A DNA stretch of 32,000 bases from Trichodesmium erythraeum IMS101 (GCF_000014265.1 NC_008312.1:1530001-1562000); one strand, 5' to 3'; positions 8,888 through 18,091 are shown, counted from the first letter of the stretch. Numbers and translations: made by a program. Notes: a model not told the origin generated them from the sequence alone.

Positions 8888-9967
8888 ATGTTGAATTGGA
8901 AAGCAAAAATTCAGGCAGGATTAATTTTAATATTTGTGGGATGGGCAACTCCTGTGTTAAGTAGTCCTCTTCATATCCTAATTGATGTTCGGGGGAATGT
9001 TGAAGTCAAAAAGGCTGAATGGAAGACATTTAATAAGGCTGAGTCTGGTATGACTCTCAGTAGTGAGGACAAAGTTAAATTAGGTAGTAATGCTTCTTTA
9101 ATCATTTATTGTAGTGATAAGAATAAAAGGGTAGTGGAGGGACCAGGAACCTATCTTGTTTCTGAGAAATGTCTTCCAGGAAAGCCTACTATTAAAGTAT
9201 GTCCAAGTTGCAATAATGATGATGCACGTCCTGTTGGAGTTAAAGAGGAAGGGTTAAAACAACTACCTTATCTCATTAGTCCCCGTAAGACTTATGTTTT
9301 CAATAACCCCTTAACTATTCGTTGGAATGAAGTTTTTGGAGCAACTCTATACAAGGTTAAGTTTGAGTTGGGAGGATGGGAAAGGGAAACAAAGAAAACC
9401 CAAATTGTTTATGATGGGGAGTTGGAACCGGGAGATTGGAATAGTATAATTATAGAGGCGGATAATGGAGCTACTTCTTCAGAAGTGGATGCTCAGAATA
9501 GTTGGTTTCAGGTGTTGAAGGATGAGGAAGCAAAGATTTTACGAGAACAAGTAGCGGCTATTAAGCGGCAGGAATTAAGTCGGGAGCAAGAAGGCTTGGT
9601 TTTAGCTTATTTTTATCGAGGGAATGAGTTAAATTTTGAGGCTATTCAGGTATTGGAAGGCTTGGTAAAGTCTAAGAGTCAGAGAGCAACGGTTTATCAG
9701 TTGTTGGGGGACATTTACCTACAGGTAGGATTGATTTTAATGGCCAAGGATGTTTATCAGCAAGGGTTGGCGTTGACTATGGAGGAGGAGAATAAAGAAG
9801 TTAAGGCAATGATACAATGGGGTTTAGGGGAGATAGAATATCTATTAGGTAATAAGAATGGGGCTGTAAAGTGGTTGGAAAAGGCTAAGGTAAATTATTT
9901 TGCTTTAGGTAAGCAGCTAAATGAGAAAGAGAAAGAGCTAATAAAGAAAGTTTTCGGTGGAAGTTAA
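8888..9967 (+). CDS. Secreted protein with an N-terminal FecR-like beta domain and C-terminal TPR-like repeats
   Basis: The signal-peptide-like N-terminus is MLNWKAKIQAGLILIFVGWATPVLSSP. The segment ILIDVRGNVEVKKAEWKTFNKAESGMTLSSEDKVKLGSNASLIIYC fits the FecR-domain pattern (G.V.V....W..A..G..L...D.V..G..A) from memory. C-terminal TPR-like helices include ATVYQLLGDIYLQVGLILMAKDVYQQGLAL. Confidence 0.6.
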   Translation: MLNWKAKIQAGLILIFVGWATPVLSSPLHILIDVRGNVEVKKAEWKTFNKAESGMTLSSEDKVKLGSNASLIIYCSDKNKRVVEGPGTYLVSEKCLPGKPTIKVCPSCNNDDARPVGVKEEGLKQLPYLISPRKTYVFNNPLTIRWNEVFGATLYKVKFELGGWERETKKTQIVYDGELEPGDWNSIIIEADNGATSSEVDAQNSWFQVLKDEEAKILREQVAAIKRQELSREQEGLVLAYFYRGNELNFEAIQVLEGLVKSKSQRATVYQLLGDIYLQVGLILMAKDVYQQGLALTMEEENKEVKAMIQWGLGEIEYLLGNKNGAVKWLEKAKVNYFALGKQLNEKEKELIKKVFGGS

Positions 9968-10185
9968 TTATGAAAAAAGGTTTGATGAATTTATCTATTT
10001 TGTCTGTTGTTACTCTTGTGGGGAGGATGGGTTTTTGAGAATAGAATTTTGTGAAATTTGAAATATAAATTTAAGACGTTTAACTATTATTAAAGGCTCT
10101 TAAGTGGAAAGTTTCTATTAAGGTTAAATATTTAATATATAGGAATAGGTTCCTAATCACAATCTTATACCATATTGATGTTTTT

Positions 10186-13100
10186 ATGTTTACAAAAATC
10201 CTTGGCAAAAATTACTTAGTCAAAACTTGGTTGATAGCTATTCTTGTTATTAATGGGTTAGAAGTTTTAGTTATGCAGGTTGGAAGGGCTGAGAATTTTG
10301 TCTTATCACAACAACCATTAACAACAGAGGCAACTGAAGAGCAGATAATTAATGGGACTCGCAATGAAAAAGGTAAACAGGGAAGTTATAAGCTAAGTTG
10401 GCGACAGGCTTCAGCTAAAGAAGAGTCTCTTACTTTTGCTACAGAACTTAATGACGAAGCTTTTGAACTATATAAACAAGGTAAATATGATGAAGCAGTT
10501 CCTTTATTAGAGCAGTCTTTGAAAATTAGGCTGCAGTTGCTGGGTGCTGAACATCCTGATGTTGCCACCTCCCTCAATAATTTGGCTTTTCTTTACCAAC
10601 GTCAAGGAAGGTATACAGAAGCGGAACCATTGTATATACAAGCATTAGATATGATAAAGAAGCTCCTTGGTGCTGAACATCCATTAGTTGCGACCTCCCT
10701 CAACAATTTGGCAGAACTTTACAGAGTTCAAGGAAGGTATACAGAAGCGGAACCTTTGTATCAACAAGCATTAAAGATGAGAAAGAAGCTCCTTGGTGCT
10801 AAACATCCTGATGTTGCCACCAGCCTCAACAGTTTGGCTTTACTTTACAAAGATCAAGGAAGGTATACAGAAGCGGAACCTTTGTATATACAAGCATTAG
10901 AGATGAGAAAGAAGCTCCTGGGTGCTGAACATCCTGATGTTGCCTCCAGTCTCAACAATTTGGCAGAACTTTACAGATCTCAAGGAAGGTATACAGAAGC
11001 GGAACCTTTATATCTACAAGCATTAGAAATGACAAAGAAGCTCCTGGGTGCTGAACATCCTGATGTTGCCTCCAGCCTCAACAATTTGGCAGGACTTTAC
11101 AAAGATCAAGGAAGGTATACAGAAGCGGAACCTTTATATCTACAAGCATTAGAGATGAGAAAGAAGCTCCTGGGTGCTGAACATCGATATGTTGCCTCCA
11201 GCCTCAACAATTTGGCTTTACTTTACAGAGTTCAAGGAAGGTATACAGAAGCGGAAGCATTGTATATACAAGCATTGGAAATGGATAAGAAGCTCCTGGG
11301 TGCTGAACATCCTGATGTTGCCACCAGCCTCAACAATTTGGCTTTACTTTACTCAGATCAAGGAAGGTATACAGAAGCGGAACCTTTGTATATACAAGCA
11401 TTAGAGATATTTAAGAAGCTCCTTGGTGCTGAACATCGATATGTTGCCTCCAGCCTCAACAATTTGGCAGGACTTTACAGAGTTCAAGGAAGGTATACAG
11501 AAGCGGAACCTTTGTATGTACAAGCATTGAAAATGTGGAAGAAGCTCCTGGGTGCTGAACATCCTGATGTTGCCACCAGCCTCAACAATTTGGCTTTACT
11601 TTACAAAGATCAAGGAAGGTATACAGAAGCGGAACCATTGTATCAACAAGCATTAGATATGAGAAAGAAGCTCCTTGGTGCTGAACATCCTGATGTTGCC
11701 ACCAGCCTCAACAATTTGGCAGGACTTTACAGAGTTCAAGGAAGGTATACAGAAGCGGAACCTTTGTATGTACAAGCATTGAAAATGTGGAAGAAGCTCC
11801 TGGGTGCTGAACATCCTGATGTTGCCACCAGCCTCAACAATTTGGCTTTACTTTACAAAGCTCAAGGAAGGTATACAGAAGCGGAACCTTTGTATATACA
11901 ATCATTAGAGATGAGAAAGAAGCTCCTTGGTGCTGAACATCCTTCTGTTGCCCAAAGCCTCAACAATTTGGCAGCACTTTACTATTATCAAGGAAGGTAT
12001 ACAGACGCGGAACCATTGTATCAACAAGCATTAGAGATGAGAAAGAAGCTCCTTGGTGCTGAACATCCTGATGTTGCCATCTCCCTCAACAATTTGGCTT
12101 TACTTTACTCTGCTCAAGGTAACATTGCCTCAGCAGTCCAATACCTTGAACGCGGCTTGGAAGTTCAAGAAAAAAACCTAACTTACAACTTAGCCGCCGG
12201 TGCTGAACCTCAAAAAGAAAAATATCTCGAAACTATCTCAGGAGCCAAGGATAGATCCATCTCTCTCCATCTGCAAATAGCACCAAATAATCCAGCCGCC
12301 ACCACTCTAGCATTAACCACCGTCCTACGCCGCAAAGGTCGCCTCCTCCAATTCTTAACCGCCAGCAGAAAAATACTCCGACAACAACTTGACCCTCAAG
12401 GACTACAATGGCTAGATGAACTTGATAGTATTAATAGTCAACTTTCCACTCTACTCTATAACCGACCGGAAAATCTCCCTCTAGAAACCTATCGTGATAA
12501 TTTTGCCAAATTAAAACAACAGGCAAATGAACTAGAAAACAAAATTAGTCGTCGTAGTAGGGAGTTTCGGACTTCGACCCAACCTGTAACCTTAGAAGCT
12601 ATTCAGCAGTTGATACCCGCCAACGCTGCCTTAGTAGAGTTTATACAGTATTATCCTTTTGACCCCAAGACAGAGACATGGGATGATCCACGCTATGGGG
12701 TTTACGTTCTGAATGCAGAGGGAGAACCCCAAGGCATCGACCTGGGAACAGTTGAAGAAATTAAATCAGACCTAGACAAATTTAGAGTTCTTCTAAAAAA
12801 GAAAAGAGCCCCTTTAGAGAAGCTTAAAAAAACCGCTAGAGAACTTGACGAAAAACTAATGCAACCTGTACGTCAATTAATAGGTTCAAAGGAACAAATT
12901 CTAATTTCTCCTGATAGTCATCTTAACCTAATACCTTTTGAAGCTCTAGTAGATGAAAATAATCAGTATTTAGTAGAAAACTATAGTATTACCTATCTCA
13001 GCTCAGGACGTGACTTACTTCAATTGACTACTAAAGCCAGAAAAACATCACCAGCGTTATTGTTAGGAGACCCAAATTATGAAAAAAAAGACAAAATTGC

Positions 13101-13833
13101 TACTGAGCGTGGTTTCAATAAAACATCTTCTAATATAGTATTAGGAAGACTATTAAAAACTGCTGATGAAGTCAAAGCCATAGGAAAATTACTAGGAGTT
13201 AAACCTTTGCTACGAGGAGCAGCCACTGAAAAAGCTATCAGGCAAGCACAAAATCCTTTTATATTACATATAGCTACCCATGGTTTATTTCAAGAATTTG
13301 AAGAAAAAGCTCAAAACCCTGGAGAACTGCCTATCATAGGGAGAAAATCCCTACTACGATCAGGTTTAGCTTTGGCTGGGTTTGAGGAAGAAAATATAGT
13401 AGGAGATAATAGTGTTCCGCCAGAATTAGAGCCAAAAGAAACAGACGAAGACAATGGTTTTTTGACTGCTTTAGAAGCCACAGGATTAAAATTACTAGGC
13501 ACAGAGCTCGTAGTGTTATCAGCTTGTGACACAGGGAGGGGGGGAATTAGTCCCGGAGAGGGAGTTTATGGACTACGAAGAGCCTTTTTTATTGCCGGTT
13601 CCCAGAGTCAGGTCATTAGTTTATGGCAAGTTGATGATGAAGGCACAAAAGACTTAATGGTCAAGTATTATCAACGTCTGTTAGATGGAAATATAGGACG
13701 AACAGAAGCCTTAAGGAAAACTCAACTCGAGATGCTGAGGGGAGAAGCAGGAGAAAACTACAGTCATCCCTATTATTGGGCTAGTTTTATTCCTTCTGGA
13801 AATTGGCAACCAGTTCCTCCAAGATTAAAATAG
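10186..13833 (+). CDS. Protein with 13 TPR units and a CHAT domain (caspase-fold peptidase-like), with an N-terminal hydrophobic leader
   Basis: 1215-aa ORF. There are thirteen 42-aa TPR_12-type units (RYTEAEPLY.QAL.M.KKLLGAEHPDVA.SLNNLA.LY..QG). The C-terminal CHAT signature is ILHIATHG (His1032, codon 13279-13281) and VVLSACDTGRG (Cys1114, codon 13525-13527), followed by YYWASFI. The N-terminus LVKTWLIAILVINGLEVLVMQVG is hydrophobic. Confidence 0.9.
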   Translation: MFTKILGKNYLVKTWLIAILVINGLEVLVMQVGRAENFVLSQQPLTTEATEEQIINGTRNEKGKQGSYKLSWRQASAKEESLTFATELNDEAFELYKQGKYDEAVPLLEQSLKIRLQLLGAEHPDVATSLNNLAFLYQRQGRYTEAEPLYIQALDMIKKLLGAEHPLVATSLNNLAELYRVQGRYTEAEPLYQQALKMRKKLLGAKHPDVATSLNSLALLYKDQGRYTEAEPLYIQALEMRKKLLGAEHPDVASSLNNLAELYRSQGRYTEAEPLYLQALEMTKKLLGAEHPDVASSLNNLAGLYKDQGRYTEAEPLYLQALEMRKKLLGAEHRYVASSLNNLALLYRVQGRYTEAEALYIQALEMDKKLLGAEHPDVATSLNNLALLYSDQGRYTEAEPLYIQALEIFKKLLGAEHRYVASSLNNLAGLYRVQGRYTEAEPLYVQALKMWKKLLGAEHPDVATSLNNLALLYKDQGRYTEAEPLYQQALDMRKKLLGAEHPDVATSLNNLAGLYRVQGRYTEAEPLYVQALKMWKKLLGAEHPDVATSLNNLALLYKAQGRYTEAEPLYIQSLEMRKKLLGAEHPSVAQSLNNLAALYYYQGRYTDAEPLYQQALEMRKKLLGAEHPDVAISLNNLALLYSAQGNIASAVQYLERGLEVQEKNLTYNLAAGAEPQKEKYLETISGAKDRSISLHLQIAPNNPAATTLALTTVLRRKGRLLQFLTASRKILRQQLDPQGLQWLDELDSINSQLSTLLYNRPENLPLETYRDNFAKLKQQANELENKISRRSREFRTSTQPVTLEAIQQLIPANAALVEFIQYYPFDPKTETWDDPRYGVYVLNAEGEPQGIDLGTVEEIKSDLDKFRVLLKKKRAPLEKLKKTARELDEKLMQPVRQLIGSKEQILISPDSHLNLIPFEALVDENNQYLVENYSITYLSSGRDLLQLTTKARKTSPALLLGDPNYEKKDKIATERGFNKTSSNIVLGRLLKTADEVKAIGKLLGVKPLLRGAATEKAIRQAQNPFILHIATHGLFQEFEEKAQNPGELPIIGRKSLLRSGLALAGFEEENIVGDNSVPPELEPKETDEDNGFLTALEATGLKLLGTELVVLSACDTGRGGISPGEGVYGLRRAFFIAGSQSQVISLWQVDDEGTKDLMVKYYQRLLDGNIGRTEALRKTQLEMLRGEAGENYSHPYYWASFIPSGNWQPVPPRLK
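10483..12120 (+). repeat. 13 tandem 126-bp coding repeats (the TPR units of the CHAT protein)
   Basis: The 126-bp periodicity is visible in the DNA. Blocks such as aggtatacagaagcggaacc and ctcaacaatttggc recur 13 times. A 159-bp stretch is identical between 11450-11608 and 11702-11860. Confidence 0.95.
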
Positions 13834-13880
13834 TGTAAAAACTTTTTTCTTATTCAATAGTTGACATCCTCCCAACGCTT

Positions 13881-14813
13881 TTACTCCACATCATTCTCTG
13901 TAAATTGCCTCTCTAATTGAGTAATTGCCAATTTGATAATTTTCTTAATATCTTCCTCTGACTCTTGTTCCCATGATGCTCGCAACGGTTCTAAAGCACT
14001 ATCGCAACGAATTTTCATTAAAGACAAAGCTGCAGCCTTGCGAGTTTCACCGCTACTAGGATCATTTAGTAACTCAACCAGAAAAGGAACCGCTGGTTTG
14101 TAAGCTAAATTTCCCAAAACTGCTGCCGCTTCAGTGCGTACCTCTTCCGACGAGTCTCCCAGAGCAGTTATCAAAATATTGATCCCCTCCTCTTCTTCTG
14201 AATATTGGGCAATTTTCGCGATCGCCCCTACCACAGCAGACCTAACTGCTACCTTTTCAGAATTAATCTCCCGATACAAATGCTCCTTGGCTGCAGAACC
14301 AATAAATGCCAAAGCCCAAGCAGCATGACCTTTTATGCTTTCTGAATATTCTGTAGACCCTAAAATTTCCAACAAAATAGGAGCGGCAGGTTCACCTATC
14401 CGAGCAAGTGCCCCAACAGAGGAGCCCTTAACCACCGTATCTTCATCATTAACCAGAGCATGGACTAGAGGTGAAAACGTCTCTGGATCCGCAATTATAG
14501 CCAAAGCCTTAGCACTAGCCCGTCGCACAACAGCATTTGAATGATTCAAAAGAGCTTCAGTCAAAAAAGGAGCAGCCGGTTTGCCAATTTCTCCAAAAGT
14601 CTCAGCAAAACCTAAGCGGACCATTCCCCGGGGATCACCCAAGCATTCTACCATTAATTGTAACCGTTGGCTATCACTAGTATCAAAAGTTTTTTCGGTC
14701 ACTTGTTGTTTAGTTTCTGCTAGAAAAGTATCTATTTCTTCTAGAGACAAAGTTTTTTGGGTTCCCTCTTCTCTAGGTTCTGCTAAAAAAGTATCTGTTT
14801 GTTCTTGAGACAT
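13881..14813 (-). CDS. HEAT-repeat E/F-type phycobiliprotein lyase, CpeF/MpeU-like paralog 1
   Basis: Clear paralog of 22440-23297: MVECLGDPRGMVRLGFAETFGEIGKPAAPFL versus MVEALADKRGMIRLGFVEAFGKIGKPITPFL, and LVNDEDTVVKGSSVGALARIGEPA versus LLNDEDTVVKSSSAGALAKMGALA. HEAT motifs of the ..VR..AA.ALG type recur. The track ORF starts at 14885, but its first 24 aa are non-homologous and hydrophobic. I prefer ATG 14813-14811 (MSQEQTD...). Confidence 0.75.
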   Translation of the reverse strand: MSQEQTDTFLAEPREEGTQKTLSLEEIDTFLAETKQQVTEKTFDTSDSQRLQLMVECLGDPRGMVRLGFAETFGEIGKPAAPFLTEALLNHSNAVVRRASAKALAIIADPETFSPLVHALVNDEDTVVKGSSVGALARIGEPAAPILLEILGSTEYSESIKGHAAWALAFIGSAAKEHLYREINSEKVAVRSAVVGAIAKIAQYSEEEEGINILITALGDSSEEVRTEAAAVLGNLAYKPAVPFLVELLNDPSSGETRKAAALSLMKIRCDSALEPLRASWEQESEEDIKKIIKLAITQLERQFTENDVE

Positions 14814-15004
14814 GGAAAAACTATAATAAATTATAACAACTAAACAATTAAAATATACAGGACTTACCGAGCCCAAACCATACATGGTGTAAATTTCATC
14901 TAGGTAGGTAAGTCCTGGTAGTCTTACTAAATTTAGTAAGTTCTATCATTCACATAGATCACTATTTAAGCAATAGTCCCCACACATTTACCTTAGGGAG
15001 TATA

Positions 15005-15634
15005 TCAAAGAATAGCAATATCAGGAATTTCACCGGAAAAATCTTGGACCTTATCAAATTTGAACGGACCGCTATTTGACCCCCAGATTTTTTCATGAGT
15101 ATTGACATCATAACCTGTATCTCTGCTAGTCCAGGTTTTTTGAGTAACTTTCACTTCACTAACTAAATAAGTCATTGAACCATCCCCACGAGGAATTAAA
15201 CACTTATGACCAGGTTCAACTCCTCCTACAAAAGTATCCCCTTGACGTTTGAAAATCATTGCACACCCTTTACGAAGTTCAATGTTATCAGGAGTAAGGG
15301 TTGCCAGAATTTCCAAATCTTGTCCCGCCCCCGTATGCAAGTCTGGATCTTTTAGGGCATAATTTTCGACCCTAACACTATCCCCTTGAGGAATAACTCG
15401 TTTGACAAACTGATAATGAGGATGCCAAGGATCGTGATCATAAATCTCCTCAGAATAAAAACCTATCCCACCAAAAAAATCATACGGTAAGGGACGGAAA
15501 AAGATACGAATATGAGGATTAGTTCGAGCATCTTCTAAAGTGTATTTGATACTACTATATTCACCAGCCAACCAACTGGCTAATGTAATAGCTTGACTTA
15601 CATTTTCTTGTGTTTTAAAATTTGAAGTTATCAT
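15005..15634 (-). CDS. cpeT: T-type bilin lyase (CpcT/CpeT family)
   Basis: LASWLAGEYSSIKYTLEDARTNPHIRIFFRPLPYDFFGGIGFYSEEIYDHDPWHPHYQFVKRV matches the CpcT/CpeT (DUF1001) N-terminal pattern recalled from memory. The length is about 209 aa and the context is PE. The track start is TTG 15640. ATG 15634-15632 is likelier. Confidence 0.8.
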   Translation of the reverse strand: MITSNFKTQENVSQAITLASWLAGEYSSIKYTLEDARTNPHIRIFFRPLPYDFFGGIGFYSEEIYDHDPWHPHYQFVKRVIPQGDSVRVENYALKDPDLHTGAGQDLEILATLTPDNIELRKGCAMIFKRQGDTFVGGVEPGHKCLIPRGDGSMTYLVSEVKVTQKTWTSRDTGYDVNTHEKIWGSNSGPFKFDKVQDFSGEIPDIAIL

Positions 15635-15700
15635 AACCAAAAAAAGTTTGTTTTATAATTTTGCCAATTACAAGTTTTTGAGTTTTAATACCTAAATTAA

Positions 15701-16360
15701 TTAATAACGAGTTTTGACTTTTGAGGCAGCCATGCGAGTCAAAGCTGCTTGAGCTGTTTCACGAATATAAGAATCTACCGTTTCATCCTCAGCAATTTTA
15801 GATAATAGATTTGCTATTCGATCATAGTCCTCTATGGTTTTAGGGTCATCTTCAGCACCTTTTAAGACATTTGAAGATACGATCGCCTGAATGACCGAAA
15901 GACGCAGTGCAATATCTTCTGTGTCTAAAGCCGACAGTAGAATTTCTAGAGCTGGCTTACCAATTGTTCCCAGAGCACCAGTGGCTGCAACTTGAATTGC
16001 AGAACTGGGGTCATTGAGAGCTTTGTGCAATGCATCAATAGCAACTTGAGGGAAAGTCTCTCCAGGATAATCATGAGGAAAGAAACGAGCAATTTCCGAA
16101 AAAGCTTGGACACAGGAAGCTCTAACTTGATGGCTGTCATTATTAATCAATTCTTCAGCTAAAGCAGGAATTGCTGGTAGACCAATTACTGTTAAAGTTT
16201 GGGTAGCTCCATTACGGTAATTAGGATTTTCATCTGATAAAATCTCTATCAACTGAGGAATTGATTCACTGGTAGGTTCTTCGACAATTTTGCTCATAGC
16301 TCTTTGTCGTAAAACAGGATTTTTATTTTTTAATTGTTGATATATATCTGTAGTTACCAT
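15701..16360 (-). CDS. HEAT-repeat protein, CpeZ-like paralog
   Basis: 219 aa, colinear with the CpeZ at 29925-30536: QQLKNKNPVLRQRAMSKIVEEPTSESIPQLIEILSDENPNYRNGATQTL versus EQLKYPDPGLRDQAMREITETRDETTIPRLMRILAEENTVYRRAAVKTL. The C-terminal DETVDSYIRETAQAALTRM matches DESADTYVREVANGALSRL. Confidence 0.75.
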   Translation of the reverse strand: MVTTDIYQQLKNKNPVLRQRAMSKIVEEPTSESIPQLIEILSDENPNYRNGATQTLTVIGLPAIPALAEELINNDSHQVRASCVQAFSEIARFFPHDYPGETFPQVAIDALHKALNDPSSAIQVAATGALGTIGKPALEILLSALDTEDIALRLSVIQAIVSSNVLKGAEDDPKTIEDYDRIANLLSKIAEDETVDSYIRETAQAALTRMAASKVKTRY

Positions 16361-17066
16361 AAATAGTTGACAAATTAACTAATTTTGGGGTATAATATTG
16401 GATTATAATTTAATTGATAAAACATTAGACTTTAGCTAAAACTGGCCAATCTGAATCTAATGCACAAATCTTTCTACCAATATCATCCCTTAAATAGTCT
16501 AAAGCAAGTAAACGAGTATAGTTAAATTTCCCAACTTTTGTGTTAGAGCAAAGTTTAGCATCAGGAATTGATTGTTAACTACCCAGAAAGCTAAGGGAAA
16601 TAGTCGCAGCGATTTTTAGTGTATCAATAAATAAGTCTTGCTTCTGGATATAATTCTCACATCAATTGACTTAGCCCGATAATAATGGCCAGAATTAGTA
16701 TTGTAGAGTTGTTCAATTACTTTCTCCAGGCTGGGCTTTTCAGAATATTCATCAGCCATGTTTATATTTTGAGAATTATCCCATAAAGCCAATTCCCATC
16801 AGTAATGCTAAATTTTTGTCAAACTTCAATTATTAAATAATTAATTAATATAATATAAAATAAATAACTTTTTTATTCTCTTGGAAAAAGAAGATTATTG
16901 TCAAGATAAAAATTGTAGAACAGACCTCTACCTGTTTTATGTTTAAAGATAGCTATTCTACAGAGTTGATTTGATTAAGGACTGACGCATAAGCACTATA
17001 TCTAGTAGGGGAAAACAGCCTTAAATCTACAGATATTGTATGATTTGATATTTTTGGTAAATCTTG

Positions 17067-17372
17067 TTATTTATTATCAGTGGCACCAGCTTCCCGAAGA
17101 ATATTTTCCATCTCTTTTAAATTAAGTTTTTTAGCATATTTTAAAGGACTATAGCCCCAGTCATTTACTGCATTGACATCTGCCCCTTTCTCTAGCAACA
17201 ACTTGACTACTTCTTTGTAATTACGTGAAACTGCCCTCATTAAAGAGGTAGCATTTTCCTTGTCTTTGACATTAACATCAGCACCCTGCGTAATTAGGGA
17301 TCTGACTAATTCTAGCTTCCCTTCTTTACTAGCTTGCAAGAGGGCTTCATTTAGGTCATCAGTATCACTCAT
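17067..17372 (-). CDS. Small ankyrin-repeat protein (about 2-3 ANK units)
   Basis: The 101-aa ORF contains LELVRSLITQGADVNVKDKENATSLMRAV..NYKEVVKLLLEKGADVNAVNDWGYSPLKYA, the canonical ANK consensus (G.T.L..A...G....V..LL..GADVN). It is on the same strand as the PE alpha-like gene and 145 bp downstream of it. Confidence 0.85.
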   Translation of the reverse strand: MSDTDDLNEALLQASKEGKLELVRSLITQGADVNVKDKENATSLMRAVSRNYKEVVKLLLEKGADVNAVNDWGYSPLKYAKKLNLKEMENILREAGATDNK

Positions 17373-17517
17373 TTAATTATTTTTTGAAAAACACTCCTTA
17401 ATCACATAGTGAAGGAAGCTGAGTCCATTACTTAACTGTTCCAGTCAAATAAAAGGCTGCAGAATCCTTCAGCTATCAAAAATCGTTACTTTTTTCTCAT
17501 TTGAGACATACCTATGA

Positions 17518-18024
<507 letters not shown>

Positions 18025-18091
18025 TTAAAAATTGTAAAAATTGATAAAGCACAAAAAAATAAAAAATATATGAACGAAAAATTCTTGGATT

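Noticed and set aside
10386-13532. Track ORFs 10386-10577(-), 11174-11404(+) and 13311-13532(-) inside the CHAT gene.
   Set aside because: They are antisense or alternative-frame ORFs fully nested in a well-supported 1215-aa CDS. The one at 11174 is kept open only by the repeat structure.
14134-14808. Three + strand ORFs (14134-14328, 14335-14544, 14581-14808), plus 23098-23307, 15946-16140, 2194-2427, 5562-5798 and 7787-7990.
   Set aside because: All are antisense or off-frame shadows of convincingly identified genes, with low-complexity translations and no independent support.
14814-14885. N-terminal extension MYGLGSVSPVYFNCLVVIIYYSFS of the HEAT lyase ORF.
   Set aside because: It has no counterpart in the paralog at 22440-23297 and is hydrophobic junk-like. 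The internal ATG 14813 gives a protein colinear with the paralog.
16616-16759. Small minus-strand ORF MADEYSEKPSLEKVIEQLYNTNSGHYYRAKSIDV... A second frame continues as ...IQKQDLFIDTLKIAATISLSFLGS*QSIPDAKLCSNTKVGKFNYTRLLALDYLRDDIGRKICALDSDWPVLAKV in the 700-bp gap between the ankyrin and CpeZ-like genes.
   Set aside because: It looks like a frameshifted relic of a ~110-aa gene, but I cannot assign a family. It needs one frameshift and one stop to be bridged, which is too weak to call.
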